Assembly: GCF_947568905.1 (NCBI RefSeq)
Contig: NC_079171.1
Location: 68,882,001-68,946,000 of the forward strand
DNA length: 64,000 nucleotides
Direction: 5' to 3'
DNA from: Ostrea edulis
Taxonomy: Eukaryota
Below the pieces are notes generated by a model that saw only the letters and a program-made list of their open reading frames with translations, searched no databases and was not told where the DNA came from. Shown one piece after another: positions 12,943-25,444 of this stretch (position 1 is the stretch's first letter; every line of letters starts with the position of its first letter). A program made the translations under genes and the position numbers.

Positions 12943-15512
12943 TCGACCCATTGATCTCAAGGCTCATATTAGCTATCTTGCTCTCACAAATATATATGTC
13001 TCTTCATAATTTTATGAGTCCTACTTGTAGTCTCACACTGAAACAAAAACTCGCTTGGATAACTTAGAATGCATGCATATTGCATTCACAGTATATATGC
13101 ACTGAGTGTGTGTAACGGGGGTGGGGTAGAGGGGTTAGAAAATGAGAAATTCAAACACATTGATTAAAGTTATAAAATTGGTATTTTATTTTCATTTACA
13201 AATGTTTACTGATTTTGGTATATCAAAAACTTAGAATAATCAACAATGACACTTCCTCTATATTTATTCAATATTATTGTCTTTAAAAAAGACATGTAAT
13301 ACATGAGTACATGTACTTGCTTTCCATTAAATTCACACTTTAGTATGTTGCACAATATATATTGGATCACAAATACATTATTGATTATATTCGAGTCTCA
13401 CATTGTGCAGAAGTTCTTGAATTTTCTCTGTAACTTGTAAAGTTGTGGGGTCCAGGGGATATGACATCATCAATGTAAATGAAGTACCTGTTATAAAAAA
13501 ATATATTCTGTATATTCAAATATTGAAAAAAAGATGAATATCAAATATACTAAGAATTGTCTTTATAAATGTCTGGTGGTAAAATGAAACATTCTATCTT
13601 ACTAAGATAGAAAATATGGTACCTTTCGTGCTGATTTTCATGGCAAATTGCTGTTGAAGTTGTTAACTGGAAGCCCATTTCAACTTGCACTGGTCCTTAG
13701 GATGATGCTTAGAAAAAAATCATCATAATTAATATTTGCACAGTCAGTATTGATAATTAATTATACTGTGTCAGACAATGTCAATTTTAAAATTGTGTGT
13801 CTCAATGCATGTTTAGTGAACTTTAAAATGCTGATATATTGAAAATTACACACATAACATGTATTTTATTATGTTAATTTTTAAAATCTTGTCTGAAATC
13901 AGTATTACATATGTAACACTACATGTATGTTAAATGTGTGCAGCGCAGCAATGTGAACTTTTGCAGTAGTAGTACATCTGCATGATTGTTATTTATTTCA
14001 TATTGTTATAGTTACCTTCTTTTTAAACTGTACATACCCCCCCCCCACCCCCGGGTCCTTAATGAGATGAATAAACATCATACTTATCATTACACTATGA
14101 GATGACAGATATGTTTTCATAAACTGCCAGTTCATTCTAATAATATCAAAACAAGTCAACTCTAGATTTATCAGACTTGTTTCCTTTACGGAGTGTGGGT
14201 CAAGAGAAGGACATACATATCTTATTATCATGCAATACATTTATTTGCCTATGAGGGGGGGGGGTGATTTTACAAATATTTTAAATACAGTTTTGTAGAC
14301 CTACATGCTTGCATGAAACATGAAACACCAGATTTGAAATATCTCTTAGGTAAATGAAATTTCAAGATACTGAAAGTACTATCATTTATACCAAATATAA
14401 TTTTAGTGCAACACCCCCTCCCCTCAAACTTATGAGAGCCCTATTTTTTTTTTTCAAATCTGGCATACACATGACATCCATTTACAATTACATGCACATG
14501 TAGGAGTTATATTTTGGGCACATATGGAATACATAAATGCACAAAAAATGAAACAGCTCCAAACTGTGCGTTTATAGATCTATGTTATTATAAAATCGGG
14601 TTGTGAAATAGCAGAGGATAAGTGGGTTGAATACAAATTCAATTTGCCATTTTTTTTCACTTACCAAACGAAATTATGATTTCGTTGTCCACGTTGAATG
14701 TATCCATCGAATTCCTCTTCTCAGAAGAAACTTTGTTTAAACTCTCAATGACTACATAAACAGTATTGAAACTCGCAGCACTCGGACATCACGATCACGC
14801 TACATCAACAACTTTGTTTACGTAGCGCAGCTATGCATGGTGGTGAATTTCGTGAGGTAAAAAGTGCCATTCTGCACGGACGAAAGATTTAGTCCACTAT
14901 TATTACATTGATGTATTCCTAATCTAAACTATGGCCAAATTTATATATCTTTCGTCGAGACGACCCTCTCAATCATCGATTCAGTCACAGCAACAACTTG
15001 TACTTTCGGAACCCCTTTTTGTTTTTCAACTACTCTATGGCGATGTACGGAATTCCGAAAAATAATTTCACGTGAAAATACACGATTTTTACTGATCACG
15101 TGGTTGCTATCGGTCTCTACCTTAAGTTTTTTAAAGAAGCAGATTTTACATGAATGTGAACAATTTACTCCTTGTTCTTTTCCCACTAAATCATGATTTT
15201 ATGTAACATTTTACAAGTATGTGTAGTTCAGTGATACCTTGTAAAAAGAAACACAAATATTTACCTGTATGCGCCTGCGTTAGTCGTTGTGACATCTTCG
15301 ATGTTGGATTTTCTAACTCAGAGTGAAAAAAAAAATCACTCTTCGGATTCAATTATATTTTGCTTTATCAATTTTAATTGCCCAATTATATTTAAAAAAG
15401 GAAATACATTGGACCATTTATTAGATAGACGAGTTTATGCATGATTTTTGAGGGGGAATTTGGTGTGGTGTCGGCAGATTCGATATGAAGGGGTAAGCTA
15501 CTCATGTATACT

Positions 15513-15526
15513 GTGTCCATGGCGAC
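15513..15526. promoter_or_regulatory. RFX X-box-like palindrome GTGTCCATGGCGAC (identical at 51030-51043)
   Basis: One mismatch to the GTHNYY-AT-RRNAAC consensus; invariant between paralogs while flanking bases differ. Confidence 0.3.
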
Positions 15527-17202
15527 GGAAGACACGGAATGTCGTCGTGTGTTTACAGGTTTCAAAACCGGGCTATCATGAGTATCAAACGAGGAATTAT
15601 TGTTAAATATTGTCGTCGATAACGCTGTGGACACGTCTATTAGGGGACATGCACTTTACAAACACTATACCCTCGATTTTAGTTAAAACAACATGTGCAT
15701 ATACGCTTTGATTGGAATTGTCATAATTATATAAATCTGTCTAAATATGGTAGTGAAATTGAAAAAAAAAAATTACAATGCTGGTAATAAGTAACCCATA
15801 TGTAACCAATCATTTTCAAATCATAAATCCGTGTGCACGTAAGTGGAAAGCAGTTTTTGCTAGTTTAATATAGACGATACGTGAATACATCATTTAGGTG
15901 AGTTTAAGCACAATTATTTCAATAACAGAGACAAGAAATAAATATAATTATGCTAAATAATTTTCAGAACCCAAGATATGATTTACATGTATGGAATATT
16001 AAAAAAAAAATAAAATAATGAATAACACCAAAAAAATTACCTGACAGAACGTGGACTTCAATCGATCTTACGTTTTGAAATTGTGGTTATCAGACCTGTT
16101 GTCCTGTCTCATCACATAAAACTTAACCAGTGTATCCAATGTAAAGTTTATTGAATAAAGCAGGTAAAAGGCTACAAATAAAGAAAATCACATTCAAATA
16201 ATCTTTCAACCATTTTAGAGTTCAAAATATCGAAAAAGCATTATGACACAAACGATGTTCCATATTAAGAAAATTTGGACAAGGTGCATCTTCTAGAAAT
16301 TATTAAATCCTGATAAATTCATAGTAATAATACTTTCAGAAGTGTACACATACAAGAATAAGTTAAATATATCTTAACATATGATATAAATCGGTTTAAG
16401 AAGTGCTATTGGGAAATGGCACACTGTCAACAATACTGAGCATAAATTGAATTGTTGCACCAAATTTGACTAAAGAAACATAAACTGTATCTTGCATATA
16501 AATCAGACATAGGAATAATGCCAATAAATCCACATGACTTACATCGTGGTGGTGTACAAGTTCCAAAACAAACAGTTCTTTTACCGTCATGTAACCACGT
16601 GCGTCCATTGATCGGAGGATATAATCAAAATTAAAGTCTATGAAGCGCAATACTTGTAATAGGAATACACTACACCGATAAACTCTACATGTATCTTTTT
16701 TTCATTCGTATTCATAAACTATCGTTTTGTTATGAATTCAAAAAAAGTGTCACACATGCACTTTGAATATGTGCTGTTTTCATGTATAATGTATTGTTTT
16801 CTCTTTAATTACATTGTAAGTCATTTATCTTCAAGTTTGACTACCGTATTGATGTACTCCAGCGATTATCCACAATTTCTATTGCTAATCTAACTGTCGG
16901 CTTAGCCCCCCCCCCACTAGTTATCTTAACCCCCCCTACGGGGACTGCTCTGACCGCTGGGACTGCTTGGAACACTGGAAACGCTGGGACTGCTCTCCGG
17001 CTTGCTACTGGGACTGCCGGGACTGCTTTTCGGTTTGTTTACTGGAACTGCTGTGAGAATCCTGCAATATTGTCCTGGACTGTTGCGGTACTGTCTTGGG
17101 ACTACTCCGGGAGTGCTAAGCAGTCCCAGAACAGTTCCAGAAAGCAGTATACAGGACTGCTCTGGGACTGTTTTCTGTCAGGTTGGGTCTGGTTGTTACT
17201 GT

Positions 17203-17437
17203 TCTGATTGTTAGGCCGTTTTTGGCACAATAATTTCGCTAAAGATAACTCAGTTTACCTGATCAATATAGAGGGCTCACGGCGGATGTGACCAGTTGAC
17301 AGGGGATGCTTACTCTCCCTAGGTAACTGATCATACCTCTGGTATAATCAACGATCCGTGTTTACCCAACTCTATATTTTGTATTGCTTTTAGGAGTTAT
17401 CAGATTGATCACTGCTCGTTATATCCATCTTTCATTA
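17203..17437 (+). mobile_element. Naiad 3' UTR tail. Similar short tails: ~960-1180, 1950-2015, 2240-2400, 6120-6250(-), 6290-6420, 6650-6940, 21510-21585, 35150-35240, 38340-38450, 38720-38860, 39510-39760, 41790-41900(-), 41940-42070, 44180-44250(-), 51482-51712, 54720-54790, 57180-57290
   Basis: Recurrent motif caggggatgcttactcctcctaggcacctgatccc...gtccgtgtttgcccaact...gtattgcttataggagttatgagattgatcactgttcgttat. Confidence 0.85.
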
Positions 17438-17780
17438 TAAGAAATACATGTATACCGGTATATAGCTGTCTACTTATGAATCTCACATGTCTATTGAACA
17501 TTTGCTTAAATAGTCCTAACACACCATGTAAATATTGCTTACAGTGGGAATGCACAACTAGTGGTGTAATGCGTGAATCTGTGCAGGCTGATTTTCATTG
17601 GAAGCAATAAATGGAGTAGATACTCTATGGAAGGTGTATTGGAAGATACAGTTTAACTTAGAACAATTCTGAACAAAAACGATTAAACACCTCTTGTCTG
17701 CGTTACATAACTATTTTCCGCCGGTACTTTGACCACTGTCCTGAACTCTGGATAATGTTTATTGTCTTGAATATGGTATT

Positions 17781-18757
17781 TAATAATGATAATAATGATA
17801 CTAATAATAATGATGTCTTTTATTCAAAGAGGATAGCACAATTTATTTTAAAACTACTTTACATTGTGGTCCTGGAAACATATATACAGACAGCAGTATT
17901 ATACAGATACAAGATAAATAGTATATGAAGGTATGTTGTATACATACATGTATGTTATATACATATTTGAAACTGAAAATAAAACAAAATAAATAATTAA
18001 ACAGATAAAAATAAAACTGAAAATAATCAAAAGCAAATATATATGTTTTTAATTTCCCGAATAAAAAAAATGGTTAAGATAAATGGATTTAAAAGTGTCC
18101 AATGTTGTATAATATTATAAAAATTATGGCATATTATTGCATAACTGCGAACCGTAAATTGTAAAAGATCATCTAAAATATTGTGTCTTTGTTCTCTGGA
18201 TTTATAATGAATTACTTTGACTTAATCTGGTAGATCTACTGCTAATTTCATGAACATACTCAAAAACAATTAAATAATCAGGGGTTAGACTATGCAAAAC
18301 TTTGAAGACAATGATAGTTATATATACAAAAAAGTCTGACAGAGGCATTCATCTAAGTTGCTGCATCATTTCTGTTGTAGGTGTATTAAAATTTATATTT
18401 AAAATCACTCTAACAGCTCGCTTTTGAAGTTTGCATAATTTGAAAAGACCGTCCTTGTTTTCCACATTGCCTCAAACAGTACACCAGTAGTTAAAATGAG
18501 GAAAACAATTGTATTAAAAAATTTCGGATATAATCCAGTTGACAAGAATTAACGTAATCTAGATAAAACACTTATTTTGCTTCAACGTGTTTTGGTTAAA
18601 ATTTCAATATGTTCAGACGATGTGAGACATGTGTCAAAAGAAACACCAAGTGGTTTTGCACATGATACATTTTCGATGGCGATATTGTCCACTTTTATCG
18701 AAAGTTTTCTACAATTTCTTAATCTTTTTTTTCTGTACCAATTATCGTGCACTGGGT
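17781..18757 (-). mobile_element. CR1/L2-type LINE 3' fragment, present in copy A only
   Basis: Minus-strand KPLGVSFD...HIEIL...KISVLSRLR and CKLQKRAVRVIL (CR1/L2 RT C-terminus); AATAAA followed by an (ATT)n-type tail near 17781-17825; absent from 52110-52140. Confidence 0.8.
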
Positions 18758-18999
18758 TTTCTACCGCACTGTCAAATTAGCAACCATGTTAAGACTTCAT
18801 AAACTTAGTAGATGTAGTAAACTGATTATTTATAATTCTGTCATCGTGTCTTTTAAGTTAGCGTGCTTGGTATTTGAGCAGAAACGTCGAATATTATCAA
18901 ATGTAATGGCATTTCTCACAAATCAACAATGCTGTTAAAAGAACTGGGGTAATTCATACATTTCCCAACCAGATTCACATACATACATATTTGCACTAA

Positions 19000-20520
19000 T
19001 CTCAGAAAACTGTATCCCACTCAGTCAAGTTCTTGCTGATACCTGATTAGTTTTCTTATACTAAATACCTTTATACTTCAATGGATATTTCATGGTCCTA
19101 ACATACAACCGCAATCACTTTGGCATACACCATTTATTGACATTGGATATGTGTATGTTATCAAAGAAACATGATAAGCAAACCTTTCACTCGCATTTGA
19201 AAGCAAACATTTTCCTTACAATATCAATATAAACCTGTACATAGGGATTTAAATGTTGTTGTGACATGACACGTTGCGAAATGCCATTAGCTACATTTTA
19301 ACATGGTGCAGCAATAATCTTTCTTCAGATGTCTTAGCTATACCCCCTTTCATTTATTCTCTTCTTGAAGTCGCATTTCATTTTCAAATGCTATATATTA
19401 GCACGGTGTACACGATCGTGATGCTCTTCCTTTATTTCTACATATACGCTATTTATAGGACACAGCTTGGTAAAACTGATTTGCATCATATACCTCTCAA
19501 AAAGACCTAACATGTCTGCCCTGTGGTCCGAATCTCTGGCAAATATACATTATATTATTTCTTCAATGCAATCATAATAAATCTCAATAATGACAGACGC
19601 AAGCCGATACCATATAGGAGTATTTGTATGCACAAATCCTACACATGGAGTATATATTCCTACATACAAATCTGCAGCAGTGGTATATCATCAGTTAGCA
19701 TGTAGACAATTGAACAAAGCTGTGCCATATATAAAAAAAAAAATGAAATGGTGGTTGAAGTGGGAAAAAACCCAACAACTACAACAAATAAGCATATGTC
19801 ATATGAGTTCTGAGATCAATCAATGTTTGTTATTTTCACTTTTTCCATGGCACCTGCATTTCAACTGTTTTTCTATGAATACCAAAAACTTCGTGATGAG
19901 CGAACAATTCATTTACCTAGACTGGTGCATGGTGTATACTTAATTTCAAACGCATATGTTACCTGAAAGAGGATATAAGGCTGATATATTCGCCGCCTCC
20001 ATTTAAAATCGCACCCAGCAACCATAGGCACGTATACGTAGCACGACAGAAAATGATGACGAGGAAGTGATTTCGGAAATCAGGTTTATCACACTATAGT
20101 GTTGATGTTTTATTACTAGGCTTTCTTATGTACCAACGTGTAGATAACTTGTTTGTAATAATAGTGATTCACTATATGACATGGTAACACATTATGTTTT
20201 GATGATTTCTAAACAAGAACACAATTATATAGAACCATGTGATGGTATATGTCATACATATATACTATACAAGCAAATATATGTTCCCAGATAGTCTCAC
20301 CGGACACACTTGCAGTACAAAGACTAATGTAGATACGATAACGTCAAATAGAGTCACTTGAATTTAGAGTGAGTGAATTCAGCTATTTGTCGGTGTGAGT
20401 TCTACACTGATGTTAAAGGGCATTGCAGTTTCTTTTTGCATATGCTATCTTCGATAGCATCCGTGTTCTTTAAATTGGGCTCAGTTCCTTTTCCTTATTG
20501 TGAGATCAATGGAAACTAAC
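19000..20520 (+). pseudogene. Decayed intronless LRR ectodomain ending in LRRCT (TLR-ectodomain-like)
   Basis: TLRNAISYI, LFLQCNH, MEYIFLHTNL, ILNFKRICYLKEDI, FLNKNTII, then SHLNLE*VNSAICRCEF (LRRCT-like). Many stops and frameshifts. Confidence 0.6.
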
Positions 20521-20586
20521 ACTATACAGAAATTGTATTTCCTATGGAACAAAATGAATCTACATATACAGCAAACAGAACCAAAC

Positions 20587-21231
20587 GTAGTGTACAGTAA
20601 ACAAAATCAATCCTACTTGACAGTACAGAACACAAAACAAAATCAATTCTAGTGTACAGTAAAGAAAATCAATCCTACTAGACAGTGCACAACACAACAC
20701 AAAATCAATTCTAGTGTACAATAAAGAAAATCAAACCTACTAGAAAGTACACAACACAACATACAATCAATTCTAGTGTACAGTAAACAAAATCAAACCT
20801 ACTAGACAGTGCACAACGCAACACAAAATCAATTCTAGTGTACAGTAAACAAAACAAAACCTACTATACAGTGTACAACACAACACAAAATCAATTCTAG
20901 TGTACAGTAAAGAAAATCAAACCTACTAGACAGTGCACAACACAACACAAAATCAATTCTAGTGTACAATAAACAAAATCAAAACTACTGGACAGTGCAC
21001 AACACAAAACAAAATCAATTCTAGTGTACAGTGAAGAAAATCAAACCTACTAGACAGTGTACAACACAACACAAAATAAATTCTAGTGTACAGTAAACAA
21101 AACAAAACCTACTATACAGTGTACAATACAACACAAAATCAATTCTAGTGTACAGTAAACAAAATCAAACCTACTAGACAGTACACAACACAACACAAAA
21201 TCAATTCTAGTGTACAGTAAACAAAATCAAT
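20587..21231 (+). repeat. 62-bp minisatellite, ~10.5 units
   Basis: ctagtgtaca recurs at 20649+62n (n=0-9). Unit ctagtgtacagtaaacaaaatcaaacctactagacagtgcacaacacaacacaaaatcaatt. Confidence 0.95.
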
Positions 21232-21589
21232 CAAGGGCAGTCTGACCGCCCATGCTTAGAGTACAGAGGCTAAGACAGGTACCATTGAGTTTATTAGTGT
21301 CACTTGAGTTTGGAATGAATGGATCCAATTAATGTATGTCGGTTTGAAAATGTGGACTTTTACATTGCATTCTATATGATTAAATATATCCAAATTAGAT
21401 GCATATCGTACAACATTGGTCGAAATTTGGTCGACATTTGCTTCATTCCTTTGGTAATTAAAATCCATCATAATCATTAGTGAATGAAAAAATTCCAAGT
21501 TGACGTAAAATATCAACAGCCCAGGGATCCGTGTTTACCCAACTCCCTAGTATTAATTTTCGCTGATGGGATTTATGAGATATTTTATT

Positions 21590-21760
21590 GAGCCCGGTTT
21601 TTCGAAAGCTGGTCAACTTTAACACAGTGGTTAAGTTTAACGGAGTGTAAACACTCAACCAAGCGATCAGCTAACACAGTGATTAAATTATTTTCTTTTT
21701 CGAAAGCAATTCAACACGTTGGTTAGTCATCACTGTGTTAATTTATTCAACCACCTGCTA
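21590..21760. mobile_element. Possible PIF/Harbinger-like transposon end (paralog 54788-54930)
   Basis: GCCCGGTTTTTCGAAAGCTGGTCAACTTTAACACAGTGGTTAAG with repeated TTAACACAG words. No partner end identified. Confidence 0.35.
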
Positions 21761-22980
21761 ATCATCCCATTACCCATAATACACATACACTTCCTATGTA
21801 AACACTAAGAATGCAGGAGTAAAATAAATTTTGTTTCTGGGAAATAGCTGTTGAAATGCCCATGCATTGGTTAGTTTCGAAATACATGACAATGACTGTG
21901 GGTCATGCACTTATACTTGTATACATGTATTCATTAGTCTATTCAATTTGAATAATCATAGAGGTGTTAGAGCATTATATAATCATATCTACTAGGACTA
22001 AGCCTAATTGAAAAAAAAAACAGTACTTGTTTTGTAGAAAGCAGGCTCATTGAATAGTTTATCAACGCGGAGGTTTATAAGGAGTCGGACAAGTTGGTTT
22101 TACAATTGTCTGAAAATAATTAACAAGCCAAAACAAAATAATTGATACACCCCCTTAAAATGAATTGTTCCGTGCGGGTGAACCTCAAATGATGTCAAAT
22201 TCTAAGTTGCGTTATGGGGGGGGGGGGGGGGTCTTTTACCAGTAAAATATACGAGTTTAGTTCAAGCTTAAATTTCAGCAGAGTAACAATATCTGGTACA
22301 ATGGTATGAAAAAGCGGGGAAGGGGGTGTGATACTTTGCATGTAAAGATAACAGTAAACGTATGTTGTCAGAAATAAGATGGTTTGGTGGTACATGTCTT
22401 GAAAATTGGCATACGCTATAAAACTTATGATTTTGTATATTGTTTAATTCATAATTGAACAACATTTATGGGAGGGGTTGAACGATGATGCTAGCCTATA
22501 CAAATATCAAAATTTCTAAGAATACCTCAATCTGTTTTTTTCCTACTCCTAGTCTTATTTCCCCCAAAACAGTTGAAAATATTGATGGAGAAAATAATAA
22601 ATCAATTTACCTTATGATGGTCTGTAACATTTTATATTTATGTTCTTTTTATACATTTATTCATTTTAATATTTTTTTTTTTGTTTTAAACAAAATATTT
22701 GATCCATCACGCCATTTCTACTAAGGGAGATTAATCTGGAATATCAACAATGAAAGACTCTTCTTCCTAAGTTTGTGTTAATTGTATAAGCCTGAATTTA
22801 ATACTGTTCATATTAGATAACCTTCAATAAAAAAAATACGTGTATGTACGTTTTCATGCATGCAAATCTTTCTTTGAATACGTTTGAAATGATATAAGGG
22901 ATTTTCAAAAGGTCAAGGCAAGTGCAGACGATAGTGTTTTTTAGTTTAAAGTTTGTGTTTCAATGGAGATTATCACCATG

Positions 22981-23985
22981 AAAGGTGAATATAACGAACA
23001 GTGATCAATCTCATAACTCCTACAATAAATACAAAATAGATAGTTGGACAAACACGGATCCCTGGATGGACCAGAGGTGGGAAAAGGTGCCTAGGAGGAA
23101 TAAAAATCCCCTGTCATCCGGTCACACCCGTCGTGAGCCCTATGTCCTGTTCAGGTAAACGGATTTATCCGTGCCAAGAACGGCGTAACAATCGGTATTA
23201 AACACGTCAGGCAGCAGTTCACTCAATGATAAGTTGTATTGGTGAAGTAGATCATTTTAACGACCATATAATTTGCGAAATGCTGACTTCAATCGAGACT
23301 GTTGAGACCCCTGTACCATCAACTTGTTCGTCAGTAGCTTACCTTGATTAAAACAAAATTACTATATGCATATCGAATCAGTTGAGATATATAAACATCA
23401 TATGCAGGTGATAATGGAATATAGCTACATAGCTATGGGAAGTTGACGATGGAGAAGCTGAAATCACCCCGTTTGTCATACAGTTCAGTTATCAGTTTGC
23501 CGTTCATGTCTACTTTATTTATTTATTTGTAAACAAACCAAAGGACGTTTCTATTGACTCGTGAGAGGTGAATATAACGACCAGTGATCAATCTCATAAT
23601 TCCTATAAGGCAGACAAAATAGAACTCGTGGACCACTACCAATACTAGGGATCAGGTGCCTAAGAGGAGTACATACGCATCCCCTGTCGTATGATAGCAC
23701 CCATCATGAACCCTATATATTGATCAGATAAATTGAGTTATCCGTAGTCATAATCGGTGTGTCAAGAACGGCTTAACAATCGGTATGAAACACGTCAGAC
23801 AACATTTGACCCAATAATAGGTTGTCTTGAGGAACTAGATCATCATGACGACCATATAATTTGCGAAATGCTGATTTTAAAAGAGATTGTTGGAACTCCT
23901 GCACCATCAGCTTGTTTGTCAGTAGCCTGCTTCGATTTAAAAGGCTGACAATACGCAGAAGAACCTCTTGTGTATCGAATTATGT
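22981..23985 (-). mobile_element. Two tandem 5'-truncated Naiad fragments (22981-23560, 23566-23985)
   Basis: Reverse complement of the 31751-32614 3' region twice, each starting (a/g)aggtgaatataacga on the + strand. Confidence 0.85.
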
Positions 23986-24149
23986 GATTGCACCTTTCTA
24001 AATTATAAATTAATGTAATCCTGTTTCAAGCTCATTTGTTAAAGAACAGAGTATTGATTATGAACCACATAATCCGTTGTCGAAAATAATTCAAGGCAAG
24101 TACCGCATTTATCCAGTTACTGAACTGTATACATTTCTTTCTCTTTCAG

Positions 24150-24221
24150 GGAGTTAGGGAGGAACCAAATAGCAAAGATACCTGGGACAGCATTCTCCAA
24201 TATGGTGAATTTAGAAATTTT
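24150..24221 (+). CDS. 72-nt internal LRR exon (phase 2-2), (L)ELGRNQIAKIPGTAFSNMVNLEI(L); part of a multi-exon LRR gene (LGR/GRL101/Slit-like exon architecture)
   Basis: Polypyrimidine acceptor tttctttctctttcag| and donor |gtaagt. Exactly 72 nt, open frame, matches the typical 24-aa LRR consensus xLxxNxIxxIPxxAFxxLxxLxxL. Confidence 0.85.
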
Positions 24222-24504
24222 GTAAGTGTATTTTACTTGTATTTTTTTTTAAACCGAAATAATCGATGAGAAAATTCTCTGTATAATACATGATTTACGA
24301 AAAACAACAATACATATTTAGATTTGTAAAATAAAACATCTGAATCTTTATTACACGCACAAACCAAGTACCATCGTGTCAAGATGGATTTTCAGAATCA
24401 GGTTAAACTAGACACAATATTCACGACAATGATACTGTACACTTTTTTAACATGTCGTCTAAGGAAGATTCACAATATGTTGTTCCTATGTAATAATATA
24501 ATTT

Positions 24505-24760
24505 ATAATGTAAAAATTATGCGGTACCAATTTTGATGCACCAGATGCGCATTTCAACAAATAATGTCTCTTTAGTGATGCTCAACCGAAATGTTTGAAA
24601 TCCGAAATAACTATGAAGTTTTAAAGTTATTATAGGGAAAACGGTGTGCCAAAAAGGTGGAGTCAAATTAGTCTAAGGATAAGAGCTATATGTGAGGGGG
24701 GTAGTCCTTAATTTTGAAATGAACTTCTAAATTTTATAACAATTGATATAGTATATAAGG
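24505..24760 (-). ncRNA. Truncated hammerhead repeat copy (HHR 24538-24581, core CTAAAGA mutated)
   Basis: Reverse complement of the same consensus. Confidence 0.8.
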
Positions 24761-25444
24761 AGTGCTTTTTTTTTCTCAAGCTGAAGATTTTAACAATTGA
24801 TTGCTCAGTTGTCAAATGCACGCCAATAAGCAACTATTACGGTATCTTTCGGATACGACCTTAAAAATAAGATCTACATAATATATTGAAGAATTAGTAC
24901 GAACCTACACGGATGTGGGTACACTGTATGAGCACTAAAGATAGGTCTGGATTTGTGGTACTTTAGTAAAGTTTGTGTAGTTTCATTACAAAAATAATGA
25001 ATAGTTACTTAAGTGATATGGACATCATATGAAACATGACCCTGAAAACGTAGTCCTGTGTCGTGAAAGGCATTGACACCTTTAGGAACTCTCAGTGTTT
25101 CGGTCATGGGCATATTTAACTTGATGGTATTGTACTGACACCAGATGGTCTTTTGTAGATATCAGTTAAACATCTCAAGGAAACATAAAAACAAATAAAC
25201 ATCATAATGAAGATGACCTTAACAATAGAGTCCCGTGTCGCAACAAGCGATGACACGAAAATAATTCATCATTGCTACGGTGCTGAGCGCTAAGCATACG
25301 CCTGATTTTTGCTTATGATTTCATGACAATGATTTCTCGGATATTCTTCGGTTAAGGAATTTGTACAGACGAGACGTCAACAAAATGATCAATGGATTTC
25401 TTTCTTCTAATTAGTGCTTTTCGCTCATTTTCTCGAGTATGTGT

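Larger units (their letters stand above)
11232..14707 (-). pseudogene. Spliced gene remnant inside the TTAA element; candidate exons 14707-14665, 13707(or 13695)-13623, 13487-13402, 11280-11232
   Basis: ATG-led MDTFNVDNEIIISF|gtaagt. Acceptors ttttttctaag, tttttataacag, ttttttttgcag; donors gtacca, gtgaga, gtaatt. Frame is ambiguous and the strong-acceptor version of exon 2 has a stop in every frame. Confidence 0.4.
10858..15121. mobile_element. Kolobok-like DNA transposon (non-autonomous or deleted), 4264 bp, TTAA target duplication
   Basis: TTAA at 10854-10857 and 15122-15125. TIR GGTAGATATTGATAG vs GGTAGAGACCGATAG (12/15). The paralogous empty site has a single TTAA at 50639-50642. RR termini plus TTAA TSD fit Kolobok; piggyBac ends are typically CC. 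Confidence 0.8.
10657..17201. mobile_element. Non-autonomous Tc1/mariner-like element with CAGTA termini, TA target and GGGACTGCT subterminal repeats (copy A; ~2.3 kb without the nested TTAA element)
   Basis: Left end TA|CAGTACCAGCCAAACCTAATATGACA vs right end (reverse complement) CAGTAACAACCAGACCCAACCTGACA. GGGACTGCT clusters at 10690-10800 and 16940-17180. Flanks rejoin to a Naiad 3' sequence (...ggtcaTA ctgattgttaggcc). Confidence 0.7.
960..24490 (+). repeat. Segmental duplication, copy A
   Basis: Colinear anchors with copy B: 960-1400/39510-39960; 7340-7700/43390-44050; 7790-8290/45560-46140; 8640-9150/47250-47790; 9220-9765/49810-50350; 10665-10857/50353-50642; 15122-15950/50639-51455; 17185-17770/51460-52130; 18770-22980/52140-56175; 24020-24490/61580-62060. 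Confidence 0.9.

Noticed and set aside
15557-15575. TTTCAAAACCGGGCT as the partner TIR of the Harbinger-like end at 21590
   Set aside because: The orientation faces outward, so the two cannot bound one element.
15778-15843. Possible first coding exon MLVISNPYVTNHFQIINPCA|gtaagt (also 51288-51358)
   Set aside because: Too weakly hydrophobic for a signal peptide and lies inside a transposon; conservation is explained by the duplication alone.
20587-21231. 62-bp array as a CRISPR or coding repeat
   Set aside because: No unique spacers, eukaryotic context, and the unit length is not a multiple of three.
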